Shown here piece by piece: positions 38,296 to 51,900 of a stretch of 64,000 nt of DNA. Positions within the stretch are counted from its first letter, which is position 1. Every line of letters starts with the position of its first letter. The notes under the pieces were generated by a model. That model made no database searches. It saw only the letters and a list, made by a program, of their open reading frames with translations, and was not told the DNA's origin. The stretch is from NCBI GenBank assembly GCA_040954595.2, contig CM082592.2, positions 8,295,677-8,359,676 on the forward strand, written 5' to 3'. Source of the DNA: Balanoglossus misakiensis (Eukaryota > Animalia > Hemichordata). Both the position numbers and the translations under genes were made by a program.

Positions 38296-41200
38296 TCAAA
38301 TCAACTCGTTCGGAATCACGCCAGCTTCCATCAAGATGGCCACGATGAGGTAACTTGTAAATATTGTGACGAGGAAGGCGCTGTAGCCTCTCAGTAGACT
38401 CGACTTGACGCCAATCATGACGAGGGAACAGATCAAACTAACTGCTACGGTTGTGTACAGTAGAATATGCACTGCCATATGGTCCAACTGGAAGTGAAAA
38501 ATTGCCTAGTTATTAAGCCATTTGATTCAAGTAAATGCAATATACAAAACGCAAACGTTCATAATGTCTATGCCATCTTGCATCAGACCTTTGAAACAAC
38601 ATTTAGGCCCGTATATTTGCTTCTCCGAATTTCATGCATATTGTCCCGCTTCGAATGAACAACTAGTACTCGATCCATTACCTTGAGTTCGCCGCCAACA
38701 ATGAGGGTTCCGATCAGACCTGAAAATCCAAAACCAAGTAACATGGCTGGGGGAAAAATGGTCAGGAACAACAACGATAGTGTTTTTCCTTTGATCGAAG
38801 ATTCATTCATTCATTCATTCATTCATTCATTCGTTCGTTCGTTCTCTCCAATAAGGATACTGACAAGAGGTCCACCGAAACAAGCTGATATAGACATAGG
38901 ACCCGGATGTGTCTCTCCAGGCTGTGGTTTGCGTCGCGCATTTGTCGTGTTGTTCACCAGATCTACGAAAACGAAAATGCAAGAAATAATGATCATTTAG
39001 TCTATTAGACATGTTCAACTCACCACCCCAAATGTATCATATACATGTAGATGTTAATCAATCAATCAATGTGTCTTTTTCCCCTACCTGGTAAACTATT
39101 TCCAAACGTCAAAAATGTCTGTCCCATAAATTCATCACTCAAATTCAGCAACAGACCGATCGTCTACAAGCAAAGAAAGGAAGGAAGTCATGGTCATGTC
39201 AAGATATATACCTCCATAGATAACACCATTCTCGAGTATCTATGGTAACCAGATCTTACAGCGCTTTCGGAAATTCGGAGATGAAGCAATAGACAGCAGA
39301 AAAGAGATATGGGCCATCTCTTTTCTACTGTCAATTATGGTACAGTACCTTGAGCAGATTGACGACCTCAGTTGCAACGACGTAAATCCACACGATACAG
39401 ACTATGAACCCAAATAAGGAGAAGCCCTGTGCGCAAACAGTGAAACAGAGATGATGTTATTAGTTTTTGCTTTCCGCAGACACATATTCCAACCATGAAA
39501 ACATCATAGTTATAATAATATAGACCCAAAAGTCTAACGATTACTGCTATTATAGAAGTCTCCCCGGAGAGGGCGCTGTAATGTAACGGGAGTACGTACC
39601 AGTCGATGATATCTCGGCGCTTCTTCAAACTTAGAAGTGAAAAAGACGACCAAACACAGTATAGCGCCTATTGGAAGGACTATATGCCAGATCAGGAAGT
39701 TGTTACTGATCGATGTCGTAGCGACTGCAGAAAAAGTATGAAAGTACTCATTAATCAGACGGATGAAAAGAGAGACAGACAAACACTATAAAAAACCTAT
39801 ACCACATGACATTATCATTATGAAATGACAGATTTCGTGGATGGGGGTTAATACAGGTACATCCTACAACAATGCAAGAAAAGGGTTATAGAGCAAAAAC
39901 TGCCCGAGTTAAAAGTAAAAGAAGGCCTTACGTCCGGTGACCAAGATGGCGAACATGGGAGCCACAATGCAATGCAAACTGTTCAAGATCCGGTTCCAGT
40001 TATTCCTGTTCTTCTGACGGTCAACCACGGGCGTTGTCAGGGTAACCACAAGTACAATAGGTGTCTGTGGAGAGATGCGTGTTTGTAGGTTGACATAAAA
40101 TGTCAATTGCAATGATTTCATTCAAAATTGCATTGATAAAAGATAACTACTGAAAGTTCGTTTTTTAATGGATTTTACATATTTCTGTAATCAATGCATG
40201 AACGTGAATACCTGAATTATTTCCATGAACTTTGACAGCAAGTCCATCGACTTCCAGTTCATGACATCAATTGGGCAGATAGCCAGCAAGAAATCCACCA
40301 AAACGGATTTCTTGGAAACGTTTGGTGTCGCCGTACTCTCGGGGGAAGAATCCGCGGACGATGGTGACTCGGCTGGCGATATGTCTGTAACATACCAAAA
40401 TCAATGTAAATTGCTCTGAGCAAAATATGAGAAAAAAACCGTAATATTTTGATTTTAGAGGCGAATATTCCCTCAAATGATCACAAAACATTCTGTCACC
40501 AAGGCAACAGAAACTCACCGACGCCGCCATTTTCTTTTGCTTCCGCACTTCTTTCGTAGTCTGTGCTCGGTTGCGTTATTTCCGCGGACGCTGGCTGAAT
40601 CTCTGCGTGGTGAACGTCGCCTGTGGTGACAATCGCATTTTAACACAAGAAACCGGGGTTGATAGAGCTACAGAGAAAGCTATTATTGCATACTATTAGC
40701 CAAAGAGCGATTTTTTCATGCAATAAAATAAATCTACCATCTAAACATAAAAAGGATAGAGGACTCAAATGGCAGAATGGGAACACAAAAAGAAACTGTA
40801 GGCGATGACAAAAGTGAAAATCGTCCATATCAGTCGGGGTTATTCTTTCAAGTAAATCACGTTATTTCGACCAAGTGGCGTGTTCTACCAGATTTATCTC
40901 ATTGTTCTGATGCGCAACAACAGATTTACCTACCGTTGGCTATCATCGTCTGTTGGTCGCCGGACGTCTCATAGTCAGTCTGCTCTGACGACAACAACGG
41001 CTTCTTTTCGTCTGTACGGGAGAAAAGTCAGAGCGTGTAAACTATTAGAAGTATATATCACCTGTGAATTTATTCGTTTCTCAGACTTGCATTTCAATTT
41101 CAACTCTTACAGCTCTGCATGTAGCTTCTTGTGGCGCATTTTAAGTGTTTCAATTACCTTCTCGTTCGTCTGTTCCTTTCCTGCAACAGCTTCCGGCCGA

Positions 41201-43662
41201 AGAAAGGAAACCCCACAGCAACACTAACACAACATATCCAACGTACAACGAGATAAATCCTGTGATCAAATTTGATAAACAAATAAGGTCATGGCTGTGA
41301 TTGTGATTCAGGTCATGCATTCATATGTCACGTCAAGAATCGCCTCCACTACTCTCATAGTCATTGACGTCTGTTCGTGCGTCTATGCTCAGACGTTGCA
41401 ACTGAGAGCACGGTCTCTGCGAGAGGGGACTGTGGTCAGAGTACCCCCTCCCCCCACTTACCTGCTGCCTCCCCCGTGCTGATGTCACCATCATTGACGA
41501 CGTAATACGCCCAGCTGCAGGCGACCAGGTAGAAGAAGACGTCCCGCATGGCTTTGAATCGCTCCAGTGAGAATGGCGGTTTGATGAACTCCCGGAGGAA
41601 ATCTTTGCAACCGCTGATTGGATCGCTCGGCGAAAAAATCAGGATTGAAGAAATTACCATTGTTGTAATGAAAATACCAGCCCCTGCAAACAACGAGAAC
41701 ACATAAGAATGCATGATTAGGTCACACGCCAGTACAAGAATCAATCTTACTGATTATCCAATCGGTGACCGGGTTACAATTCCAATACGAGAGAAACTAA
41801 ATCTGATTGGATGATGTGTCTGTACTCACCGAAGAGCCCTCCAATCACAAGCCCCAGATCGTTGTTTTCGGCGCTGGTTGTTTTCGTGGCAGCGACGATG
41901 GCAATGATTATATCAGGCGAACCATTGCCCCATGCCAGCAAAGTAACTCCGTGGAAATGTGAAATCAAGGAAAGACTATTTTCATTTCATCACCTCATTT
42001 GTGAGGAGTTTTCCTCGTCTGTGTGAGGAATTCAGATCAAGGGTCTCTATTTTGTCGCATTTTGAAGACTCATGGAGACCTCTGCATGTTTTCCTAAGCT
42101 ACATGGCTATGACTTGTTATGGTTGATCAAGATGGAGTTGAATAGTTAATTAACAATATTGCGTGCAAACTTCACGTTTCTGATAAATTAATCAACCATT
42201 AAATTAGAACGATACCATAACTGTTGACAAATAAATAAACAAATACTTGTTGTTATCAACTGTTAAAAGGATATTGCTACGTTCCTGCTGCATTGGTGGG
42301 CTCCGCATTTGAGTGTTGCCAAGGTATCCAGTGATGGACAGAAACTGAAAGTAAAGCGGAAACAGCCTGAGTCATACGTATACTTGGGAGAAACTCTGAC
42401 GTAGTTGCATTCACACGAGAATTGTCAAGAGATGTCGCCGATTGGTTGATGTGGCAGCCTGACCTTAACTGTTGATGCTGCGTCTGACACGAGAAAGACA
42501 CATCAAATAAACTTTTAGGAGTAACTTACAAACGTTGTGCGACAACTTTGATTGCTACGAAGAGGTAGATGAGCCATACGCCCTGCAAAGAGAAAAAGCG
42601 ATTGGGCAAGTGTCGGCCAAATTACGGTATATAACTGTATTTCACGCCTCGTTGGTGGCTATCTACATTAGTCTGTAAAACTGGACCATTTCGATAAATG
42701 TGTTCAAACGTGAGTAGATTTTCTTGAACAGTCTAGATTTACCAGATTAATAAGTAAGCTGCCTACTCATACCATTATGATTCCCGCCAATACGCTCGGG
42801 ATGTCAGCACAGTAGAAGAACTCCAGATAGTTGATGAACCCTCCGCCTTCCAGCGCACAATCCGTCACGTTTCTCACCACTTCACAGTGGTCGCTGATGT
42901 TCTCTTCCTTGAGGGCGTTCCCGCACTGTGGAAATAAAATGCAGCAAGCGTTTACATGTACGATTCCTTATCCTTTAGATATATACAAAGATAAAACTGG
43001 AAAGTTTTCATTTGCCTCGTTTCAGAAAAAATGCTAATATTTTCATAGCGTGTTATCATTATATTCTTGCAAACGTCTTGCAAACGTATTTAAAATCATA
43101 GGTTAATGATGAGTCGGTTCATGACACTACACTGTGACGGTCCACACCTATGTCAATATAGGTGATCATTAATGTACGTTTTTTATCTCCAGAATGCGAC
43201 CTGCTTTTAAAACCTGACGAAGTATTGTGTACATCACTGATAAGGGGTCGTGGCCCTCGTCACAGAGATACATTGCCGTGTATCTCTGGGCAGTGTGAGG
43301 CCACAGAAGCCAATTTGGGCAGCATCTTAGTTTTGTAATTTACAACGTGTAGACTATGGGTGCCTTAGTTAATGATACAATGTTAAAAACCTGCTCTCAA
43401 ACCACCCAGTCGTATATATATTCCCGAGTTAACGTTAAAAAATTGCAAAGTTTACCGTTAAATCGCCTCCAACCTCCGCGTCCACGTAGTAGGCTAGTTC
43501 TACGTGCGCGAGTCCGACGGCCGAGCTTTTCCATGTTTGCGGCATTGGATACGCGATGTGGTCGTGGTCGTCCTCGGCAGTTGGGGCATGAATTCCGCCG
43601 GACACTGGCAAGAGTGTGCCGAGGTTTAACAGGAGGACAACCGCGCCAGCGAAAATCCACAT
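38296..43662 (-). CDS. SLC8B1: NCLX/SLC8B1-family paralogue, copy 2 (divergent), about 683 aa, 17 exons: 43456-43662, 42773-42925, 42530-42582, 42275-42344, 41830-41950, 41462-41683, 41158-41259, 40934-41011, 40519-40620, 40212-40384, 39932-40064, 39600-39724, 39349-39426, 39088-39163, 38861-38962, 38682-38746, 38296-38487
   Basis: Alpha-1 GVTLLAWGNGSPDIIIA, alpha-2 GQTFLTFGNSLPDLVNN, NNWNRILNSLH, SACFGGP. Intron phases match copy 1; intact 2052-nt ORF; N-terminal signal-peptide-like MWIFAGAVVLLLNLGTLLPVSG. The exon 1 boundary is less certain. Confidence 0.88.
38747..38860 (-). other. U12-type GT-AG intron of NCLX copy 2, containing an (ATTC)8(GTTC)3 microsatellite at 38801-38844
   Basis: 5' GTATCCTT, branch-like TTCCTGAC (38761-38768), same position and phase as in copy 1. 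Confidence 0.82.
41951..42274 (-). other. U12-type AT-AC intron of NCLX copy 2
   Basis: 5' ATATCCTTT, branch TTTCCTTGAT (41964-41973), terminal AC before GGAGTTACT (GVT). Confidence 0.92.
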
Positions 43663-44889
43663 TTTAAGATGAACGAAAAAATAAGTAACTATGTTCCAAA
43701 CGGGGTGTCGTCTGCGCCGACTGTCTGTCCTATAAAAATTCTCGTGATTAGGGAACCTTTACACCGGGACTAATATATATGCCACTAGTTAACTATTCTC
43801 AGTATAAATATTAACACCACTGACAAACTTAGTTACACCGGGATTCCCAGTGATCGACCCTGGGATCACGAGGTTCGTACGTCACGTCGACACCCCGTGA
43901 CAGCCTATACGCTGAACGTATCCGATAGTCACTTGTAAGAAACGGGGCGTGCGTTCAAGTAGTTTCATTTCCGTCTGCAGTTTTACCCGGCTTTCTTCGT
44001 ACGTGACTTCGATACTGATTGAACATTCTCGACTACCTGCTTACTGTATATATACCTAACATTTATAATAACAATGCTCCCAATTGTGGGTGGGTATGAC
44101 TAGCACAACAACACTGAACAAATAAGTTTGTTTCGCCATATCTTCTATAAGTGAAACTTATTAAAAAGTGAGAAAAAACTCGAAAACTGCTCAGAATTTG
44201 ACAGCAGATGAAATCTCCTGAATAAAGGTGTCAGGAGAAGACGAAACAGTGACAGCACAGGGCGATCAAAGTTAAACGAAAGTGAATTGGCAAACGACAC
44301 CCAGTACAGCAAACCTCGCCTACGCGGACGGTTGAAAGTTCATCAGCATCCGGGTCACTCGAGTTTTAAACAGCTATTGCCCAACACTGAAACCATGTCA
44401 CCGTCACCGTGCTAAGCGTTTATAGACTTAAGGTTATCAGTATACATGCCCCATTGCATTATGACTGATGTCAACATCATAAAAATAATTAATTGAATTC
44501 AGAAACACAAATTTACTTTAATCTGCACAGAACAATGTTCACGCCCTTGGCCGTAAATTCCAGTTACTTTTTGCATACCAAAGAATAACTGAACGATATT
44601 TCTATTCAATTTTACGTATTTTTTCATTTCATTCTTATTTTGTCAGGTTTCTCGATTACGAAACTCGAAAACAAAATTGTATTATTCACGAAAAAGACTG
44701 TATATTTTAAAAGAGTAACCTATTTTTAAAGATATGCCGAAAGCAATTACCAAGTAATTTTATGTAAATTGACAGAATCCATAAATGACAAACTCTCTAG
44801 ATGATAGGATAGAGATCGAGTCATACGTTACGGTACATAGTCTACACGCAGATCACGTGACAAACAAGGCCAAGCAAACATTCATCACC

Positions 44890-47800
44890 ATGTCTTCGTC
44901 AGAGGGAGCCTCGCCCGTCACGGGCGCTCGGCTTTCCCGTTTTCTTTTGCTGTACTGTGTAATTTTGACCGCAGCAGGTGAGTTCCTAAGATGTGTTACT
45001 TCAAATATTTGATCGTGTCGGGTATTAGGGGGAACATTCTGATCTTAAAACATAGGGGATGCTAACATCATTACGTGGTCATCCCATGAGTCATAGTTTG
45101 TGATATTTTCGTTGGAATCGAGAATGTTTCATATGATACGCCTAGTTTCAGATTTCTCAGCGGAATTCGACTTATAATTTTTTAAATGCGTAGTTCAGTA
45201 GCGGTTCATCATAATTGAAACCACCATAATTATTTAATGCCGTGAAATAACGTTTTTGTTTACAGTATCCGGATGTTATTGTTCAAACACGTCAGAACTG
45301 GTGAGGTATCTATTCAACAAGTATAACAGTAACACGTATGTCCGACCTGTGCAAAACGAATCGGACACCTTGGTTATACAACACAGGATGACTCCGAGAC
45401 AGATCATTGAAATGGTACGTTTAGAAATAATCCCGTTATCACAATTTTGCATGAACAAAGTGACAACTGTATTCTCAAAACCAATAACACTGTCGCTGAA
45501 GTAAACTGCAATCAATAGATCATGACAATCCGACTAGACGTATTTGGGTTATAAATATGCATGAAATACCCGGGGCGATTGTTCCCGATGGGTTTACTGA
45601 ATGCTGCATGATTGGACGCTTATTTAGACATCACCTGTAGTCTGGACACGAGTCAAAGGACACATTGTCAGCAGCTCTGTTCTCGACAAAACACGCCCAT
45701 GAAAAATATTACTCACAATGAACACTTTGTTAATTCTCGGTGGAAATCTAGCTGCACTCTGGAGGGTTTTAATGCACCTGTCATTCTAATACTTGCCCAG
45801 TCCTTGTGTATACAGACAAGCTGAAATGTTTTTTTAAATTCATCTACCGTCTGTGCAAGGTAATAGAACCCATTACACTTAATCAACGCCAAAATAATAT
45901 ACTGCCTACAGTTAATAAAACGGTCGCAGATAACGTGTCTTCTCCTAATTGATTTGCAAATTTATGACACCAGAACTCACTTGAATAATTTCAAGCGTCC
46001 GATTTTTCTGCTTTGTAGTATTATCTGTTTGAATGTTAATTTTTTTTAATTCATATTTTATTCTCCCCATAGGAAATTAATATGCAGTGAATCCAGTAAT
46101 AAAATGTATATTAATTACGTGTTTATAGGACGAATAGTAAATATGCAATCGAGTAAATTATATTGAGTTATATCCCAGTATTCCAATATATGTTTGTTAA
46201 AACAAGACTCGAGGGTAGAACTTTAACGGTTTGGGCGTTTCTGATCTTTTCTCGACCATTGTCATTGTTTACAGGACGAAAAAAGCCAAATAATTACTTT
46301 AAAGGGATGGCTTAGCGAGGTGAGTTAAGATTCACTTTTAGAGTCAACACTGTTCTTTACTTGCGGTAATACCTTGCCAAGATTAACATGTGAAACAATG
46401 CAAAGTAATTCGGTTTTTCATTCGCTTGTCACAGATCTGGACTGATGAAAACATGAAGTGGAATCCTGCTGATTTTGGCAATGTTTATGAAATACGCCTT
46501 CCAAGTGACAAAATATGGCAGCCAGACATCGTGCTCACGGAAAGGTCAGTTTGAACGCAAAAATAAATAATCTCGTGACTTACAGTAATTCACGGTCGAA
46601 TTTCCACGTCATTTATTCAATTGGAAGCTTCTTTATCCAGGGCCGCACAAGTTCTGGTTTCGAGATCAAAACAAAACTTCACGTTTGTCTGCAAGTGGAG
46701 GACAAATGGTTATAAAAGTAGTGAATGGATCCCCTTTTCTTCTCTATGTAGCGTGGCACGGAAAGTCGAGCGCCATTTTGAAATGGACATCATAGTCAAC
46801 AGCCAGGGCAAAGTGGTGTGCATGGCGCCCGTTGTACTCGAAGCCACGTGTCCGATTGACCCCACGCATTTCCCGTTCGACGAACAGCACTGTGACTTGA
46901 CCTTCACGTCGTGGAGCTACAACGGCCGACTGCTCGATCTGGTCCCAGACCCGGCGACCAACACCGACAGCTTCAGATCCAGCAACGAGTGGCACCTCAC
47001 CAACATATCCGTCAACAAGGATTACATGCGCGCGCCGTGCTGTCCAGAGCCATATCCCATAATTATATACACGCTCCACCTGAGGCGGCGCTCTATGTTT
47101 TATATATTCAACCTCATTTTCCCGTCGTTCCTTGCGTGCATTCTCGTTGCCGTTGGTTTCATCCTCCCTTCGGACTCGGGAGAAAGGATGACACTTTGCA
47201 TAACGAGTGCGCTCGTGGAGTTTGTCTTCTTGGAAACAGTGTCGGCTTACATGCCACCAAATTCACAGAATCTTCCAACAATTCGTAAGTATTCCTTATG
47301 TTCATACCCTCCCATAGCTACTATCGAAAATGAACTAAATGCTAAATACTTTTAGAAAATTTCCATACCACTCGTTCTTTGTCCATATTTTTAAATACTT
47401 ATCTGTATCTTTTACTTTTTAACAGAGAAATATTTACTGGTGAGTATTGGAATCGTGGTGTTCTCTCTCGTAGTTACCGCTGTAACGCTGAACCTACACT
47501 TCAAAGGCCCCGGATGTGGCCCGGTACCGGAATGGTTGCGACACATAGCCTTCAAGTACATCGCTGCCATCGTCTGCGTGGAGCCAAATTTACCCAACGT
47601 CTGCAGAGATCGCCTAGGGGATAAACACGGCCACAAGCTCGGACGGAAGGACGCTTACAAGACTGTGCAGTGCGGGTTACCAGGAATACACCCTCAATAT
47701 TTTGGCAACAGCACTCGTCGCGTCACGTGGTTCTTTGAAGGGCAAGGCCACAAGACAGAGAGCGACGACGACACGAAGTTTGATCTGAACAACTTACAGG

Positions 47801-47928
47801 AATGGCGCGAAGTAGCGAAGCTTATAGACAGATTTTACTTTTTAATGTACCTGCTGATGTCTCTCTGTTTAATAATCGGATTCATGGTCGCCATAAGCAT
47901 TGGCGGCGCTGGGGAACAACCTCAGTGA
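44890..47928 (+). CDS. Cys-loop ligand-gated ion channel, nicotinic acetylcholine receptor alpha-like (alpha7/9/10-type, divergent), about 475 aa; exons 44890-44977, 45266-45414, 46275-46319, 46435-46544, 46752-47284, 47426-47928
   Basis: Signal peptide, YVRPV, WNPADF, IWQPDI, Cys-loop CPIDPTHFPFDEQHC, SWSY, vicinal CC in loop C, LRRRSMFYIFNL, PSDSGER before M2, EWREVAKLIDR before M4. The 45-nt and 110-nt exons are typical of nAChR genes; intact 1428-nt ORF. Confidence 0.93.
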
Positions 47929-48996
47929 AGCTAGAAATAACATTCAGTGTCAAAACTTTGAAAACTCGGAAAGTTAATATGTCACGTGGTGTAAAATTTC
48001 AAATTTGTTTGGCTAATGTTTTGAATTCATGTAATAGTGTTTGAAGATTTACTGGTGTTTTTTCACATGTAACTCATGATGTATAAAATGACATAGAAAA
48101 GAAATGAATCTTAGACAACCATATTTATTATCGAAAGGTGTGCATTGATTTTAATGTCATGAAATGTAAACATTATCAATGTATGCACAACTCCACTGTA
48201 TCGAGTCAAAATGTACACACTATATTATCAAATGAGGCAGAAAAACTTATCCCCTGGGTGTGTTTCATTCCTTAATTTTGATTAAAACTATAAATCTTGG
48301 TGTACTCTGCTGATTTTTAAATAACTATATATTTTATAATTCATTTCTTTAACCGCAAGATCGGTTTTTGTGTTATTTACAGTGTGTTGTCGGTGCAACA
48401 ATGCACTGCGCACAGCATGCGCGCGCACGGAACCCCCACGACAAGCGGCCTCACATTTTATTTTATCGATCGCTGTAAAACGTAGTCACGCATTTTTGGC
48501 TGTAAGCATATGGATGATTGATGTTATACAATATGCTGAACGACATAAAACGTTAGATGTTTCCATTAGACACTTTATCCGTGATGTGTTTTTTTCACAA
48601 AGAATTTTGAAACGGTAATTGCCACTGTCACGAAGCCTCTATATGACCCATCAATGACCTCACATCATATAGCTGCCTACAAGGATGCCAATATTTTGAG
48701 TGTGCGTAAATGAGCCTCTATTCAAGTTTAAAAAATACTGCCACTCGATTGCGACTGCCTCTGGGAGATCATGTGTAATAATGTTCAAATGTAACCATTA
48801 ATTTCTAAAAACAAGCAAAAGGAATTGTTTAAGGAGTGCTTTCACCGGTTCTCCTGACAAAAAAACAGACACGGAAAGTTCTGTAACTCTTTCCGTCCCC
48901 GACGCGGACGCATCTCCTCATTGTCAATCGCATCTCTCCGAAACTACCGGGCGCCATCAGCGGCGTTTCACGCTACTCGATCGCGGTACCGGCCGC

Positions 48997-51900
48997 TCAC
49001 TTTGTCGTAGGGATGACGTCTGTCTCCAGGAGGACAGCAAACACGATGTAGGCGACGAAGATACAGAGCAAGTACGCTCCGTACGGCTTCGTGACGCTAA
49101 ACTTCATACAGACCATGATGAACAGAGAAGAGACCAGACTGAGAGATATTGTTGCAAATAATAAAGTCTGCATCGGTCCATGAGTAAGCTGAAATCAAGA
49201 AAAAATATCCCTGATACCACACAGCATGCTCGCTGTTTTGTTGACTCGGGCGAGATTTATATATTAAAGATTTTCGATTATCTTGTGACTTTATTTAAGA
49301 GATAATTTCGAGATTCCAGCCACCTTAATGTTTCCAGTAACCCTCGTAACCATCTACCGGAAATTGACTGACGGAAGTGACGTCACTTACCTGGAGATCT
49401 TCCCCAGCTCTTAAAGTTCCCATTGTACACGACAGTCCAAAGCCGAGTAACATGTCTTTTTTTAAAGGTCAAGGTCAAAATATATGAACTAGAAGACATT
49501 CCCCTCAGCGGACAATATGACGTTATTTGGCAATTTACTCCAACACTGACTCCAGTATGGTGGTACGTAAATGACAAATATTTCATCAGCAACGAATAAC
49601 GGCGTACGTACACACAAGCTTACCACTCATAAATTCATTAAAGGCACGGGATTATTCACACATATGTGTACTACCAATGGTAGTGGTACCGTTACTTGAC
49701 AAGGATACTCAGGAGTGGCCCGCCAAAGCAGGCAGACATAGACATGACCGAATACCCAGACTTGGCGTTCGTCCTGTTCGTTATAAGATCTGAAAGTAAT
49801 GAAGAAGTACCCGTGATGAAATCACAGGCGGTTACAATGTATATTATGGCCGTTTAAACCCACTCGTGACATCGCAGTCGTGTAACACCTGTTTACAGGT
49901 GAATGGAAAATACCGTCGGGTGACTGCATGTATTGGTATCCGGTATCCAAAAACTGTTTCTCAGAATTTGTGGTTGTTTACCTGGTATGCTGTTGCCCAT
50001 GGCCAGCAGTAGAAGTCCAACGATCTCATCGCTGATGTCAAATATTAATCCGATTGCCTGTAAAATTAAACACAAGACTTACATGAAATAAAATATTTGA
50101 GATCAGGGAAATTTCAAAGAAAATACATTGATTGTTTTAGCACTTGGTTGAGGGAACGGCAATCTACTTGTTAGTTAGTATGGTGTTTCTTACCTCAAGT
50201 ATGTTGATCAGTTCGTTAGCGATGGCGTATATCCATACAACACAGACAGCGAAACCAAAGAAGGCAAAAGCCTGGTAGAAAGATATAAATTGGAAATAAT
50301 ATAAAATAACGTGAAATAATTGATGATGATGATGATGAGTACGATGATGATAAACAGACAGACATTCATGTAGACGGATATAATGAAATACAAGACTAAC
50401 CGGATGGTAGACGGGCGCCCTCCAGCTCCGGGACGTGGAAAATGTGAGAACGCAGAAAACGGCACTGAAACAAAGGGTCAAATGCCAAGCCAAGAATTTC
50501 TCATGAACTGGTCTGAAGGCAACTGTAAATTCAAAAGGAAGTGAGAAATGAATCATCAAAACTTAAGAACGGTTTTCAATTAGAGCCGCGTTTACCCCCG
50601 ACAGCAACTTTTCGGTTCATTGAAGTCAACAGGAACTCAAGATAACTTCCTGTCAAATCACACAAGTCACTTCGAAAGTGAAATTTACTTTTGTAACTTT
50701 GGGTATAGACATGTATTTTTCAGAAAATTATCTATCTTTACCTTGCAGAGCAAATATGCAAAATATCGGCGCAGTGAAGAAATGTAGACTGTTCAGGATT
50801 CTGTTCCAGTTGTTTTTGTCTTTTTGGTAATTGACAAGTGGGGTGGTCAAGTTTACCACAAGTCTAGTCGGCGCCTGTGAAATAAAGAACGACATAAATA
50901 TTTTGTATGATTAATGTGTGAACGGAGTTTAAATATTACATATAAAACGATGCATCACTGAGATATAGGGATACCATTGTTCTTAATCGCATTATTATTT
51001 TATGTTAATTACACTAACCAGTAGAACTTCATATATCTTTGAGTACCATTTCATTTCCTTCCAGTGGAGAACATCAATAGGTAGAATGGCCAACAGAAAT
51101 TCCATACACTGCCCATGACCCCTTCTTCGTGGATAACTTCCCGGTCTCCTCACAATACCGAACTCGTCTGTAAATAAATGAGGACGTGTTGAAAAGAGTG
51201 CGGGTAAGGCAGACTATTCATTTTGTGTGACGTGAATAAACGACAGACAACAGGTGTGGCGCCCTGCATGAATAAAATGCCAATAGTTCCTTCACCCGCG
51301 AAAACCACCTTACCGCTGTCGTCACTGTCCTCTTCGCCTTCGTTGGCATCAGCGCCACTCCGTCGGGGCGATTCGTCCACCTCGTATTTTGCGACGCCTT
51401 CATTACCACCGTCTTCCTGCTCATCCTGCGGTGGCTGGCTGGGGTCGGTTGCTTCCGAGGTGTCATCAGTTTTTGGAGAGTCAGCGGCTACAGATTAAAA
51501 GACCAACAATTCGACTTGCAAAATGGTTGCCCAAAGATCAACCGACAGAGGGGGTTCTGGGTAACACGTGGATCAGGATTGGACATCACCATAACAATAA
51601 GTTCATACACTGATATAAACTATAAACCATCCTTTAAAAATGATATTGAATACATCCCGATATTCTAAAATTCTTCTAAAATTCATAATATGCAATCATG
51701 CTTGCATATTTTTTCACGGCAGATTCGTTCTATTACTCGCAATTTACCTTCCAAAATCGACCATTTATGCAAATTTCACCATACTTATGCCATGCACCTT
51801 ACCATTAATTTCCTCGACGTTTACAATACTCTGACCGGGCAAATTGTTTACTGGATTTGGTTCAACACTCCCATACGTAGACTTTTTGTCGTCTCCTCGA

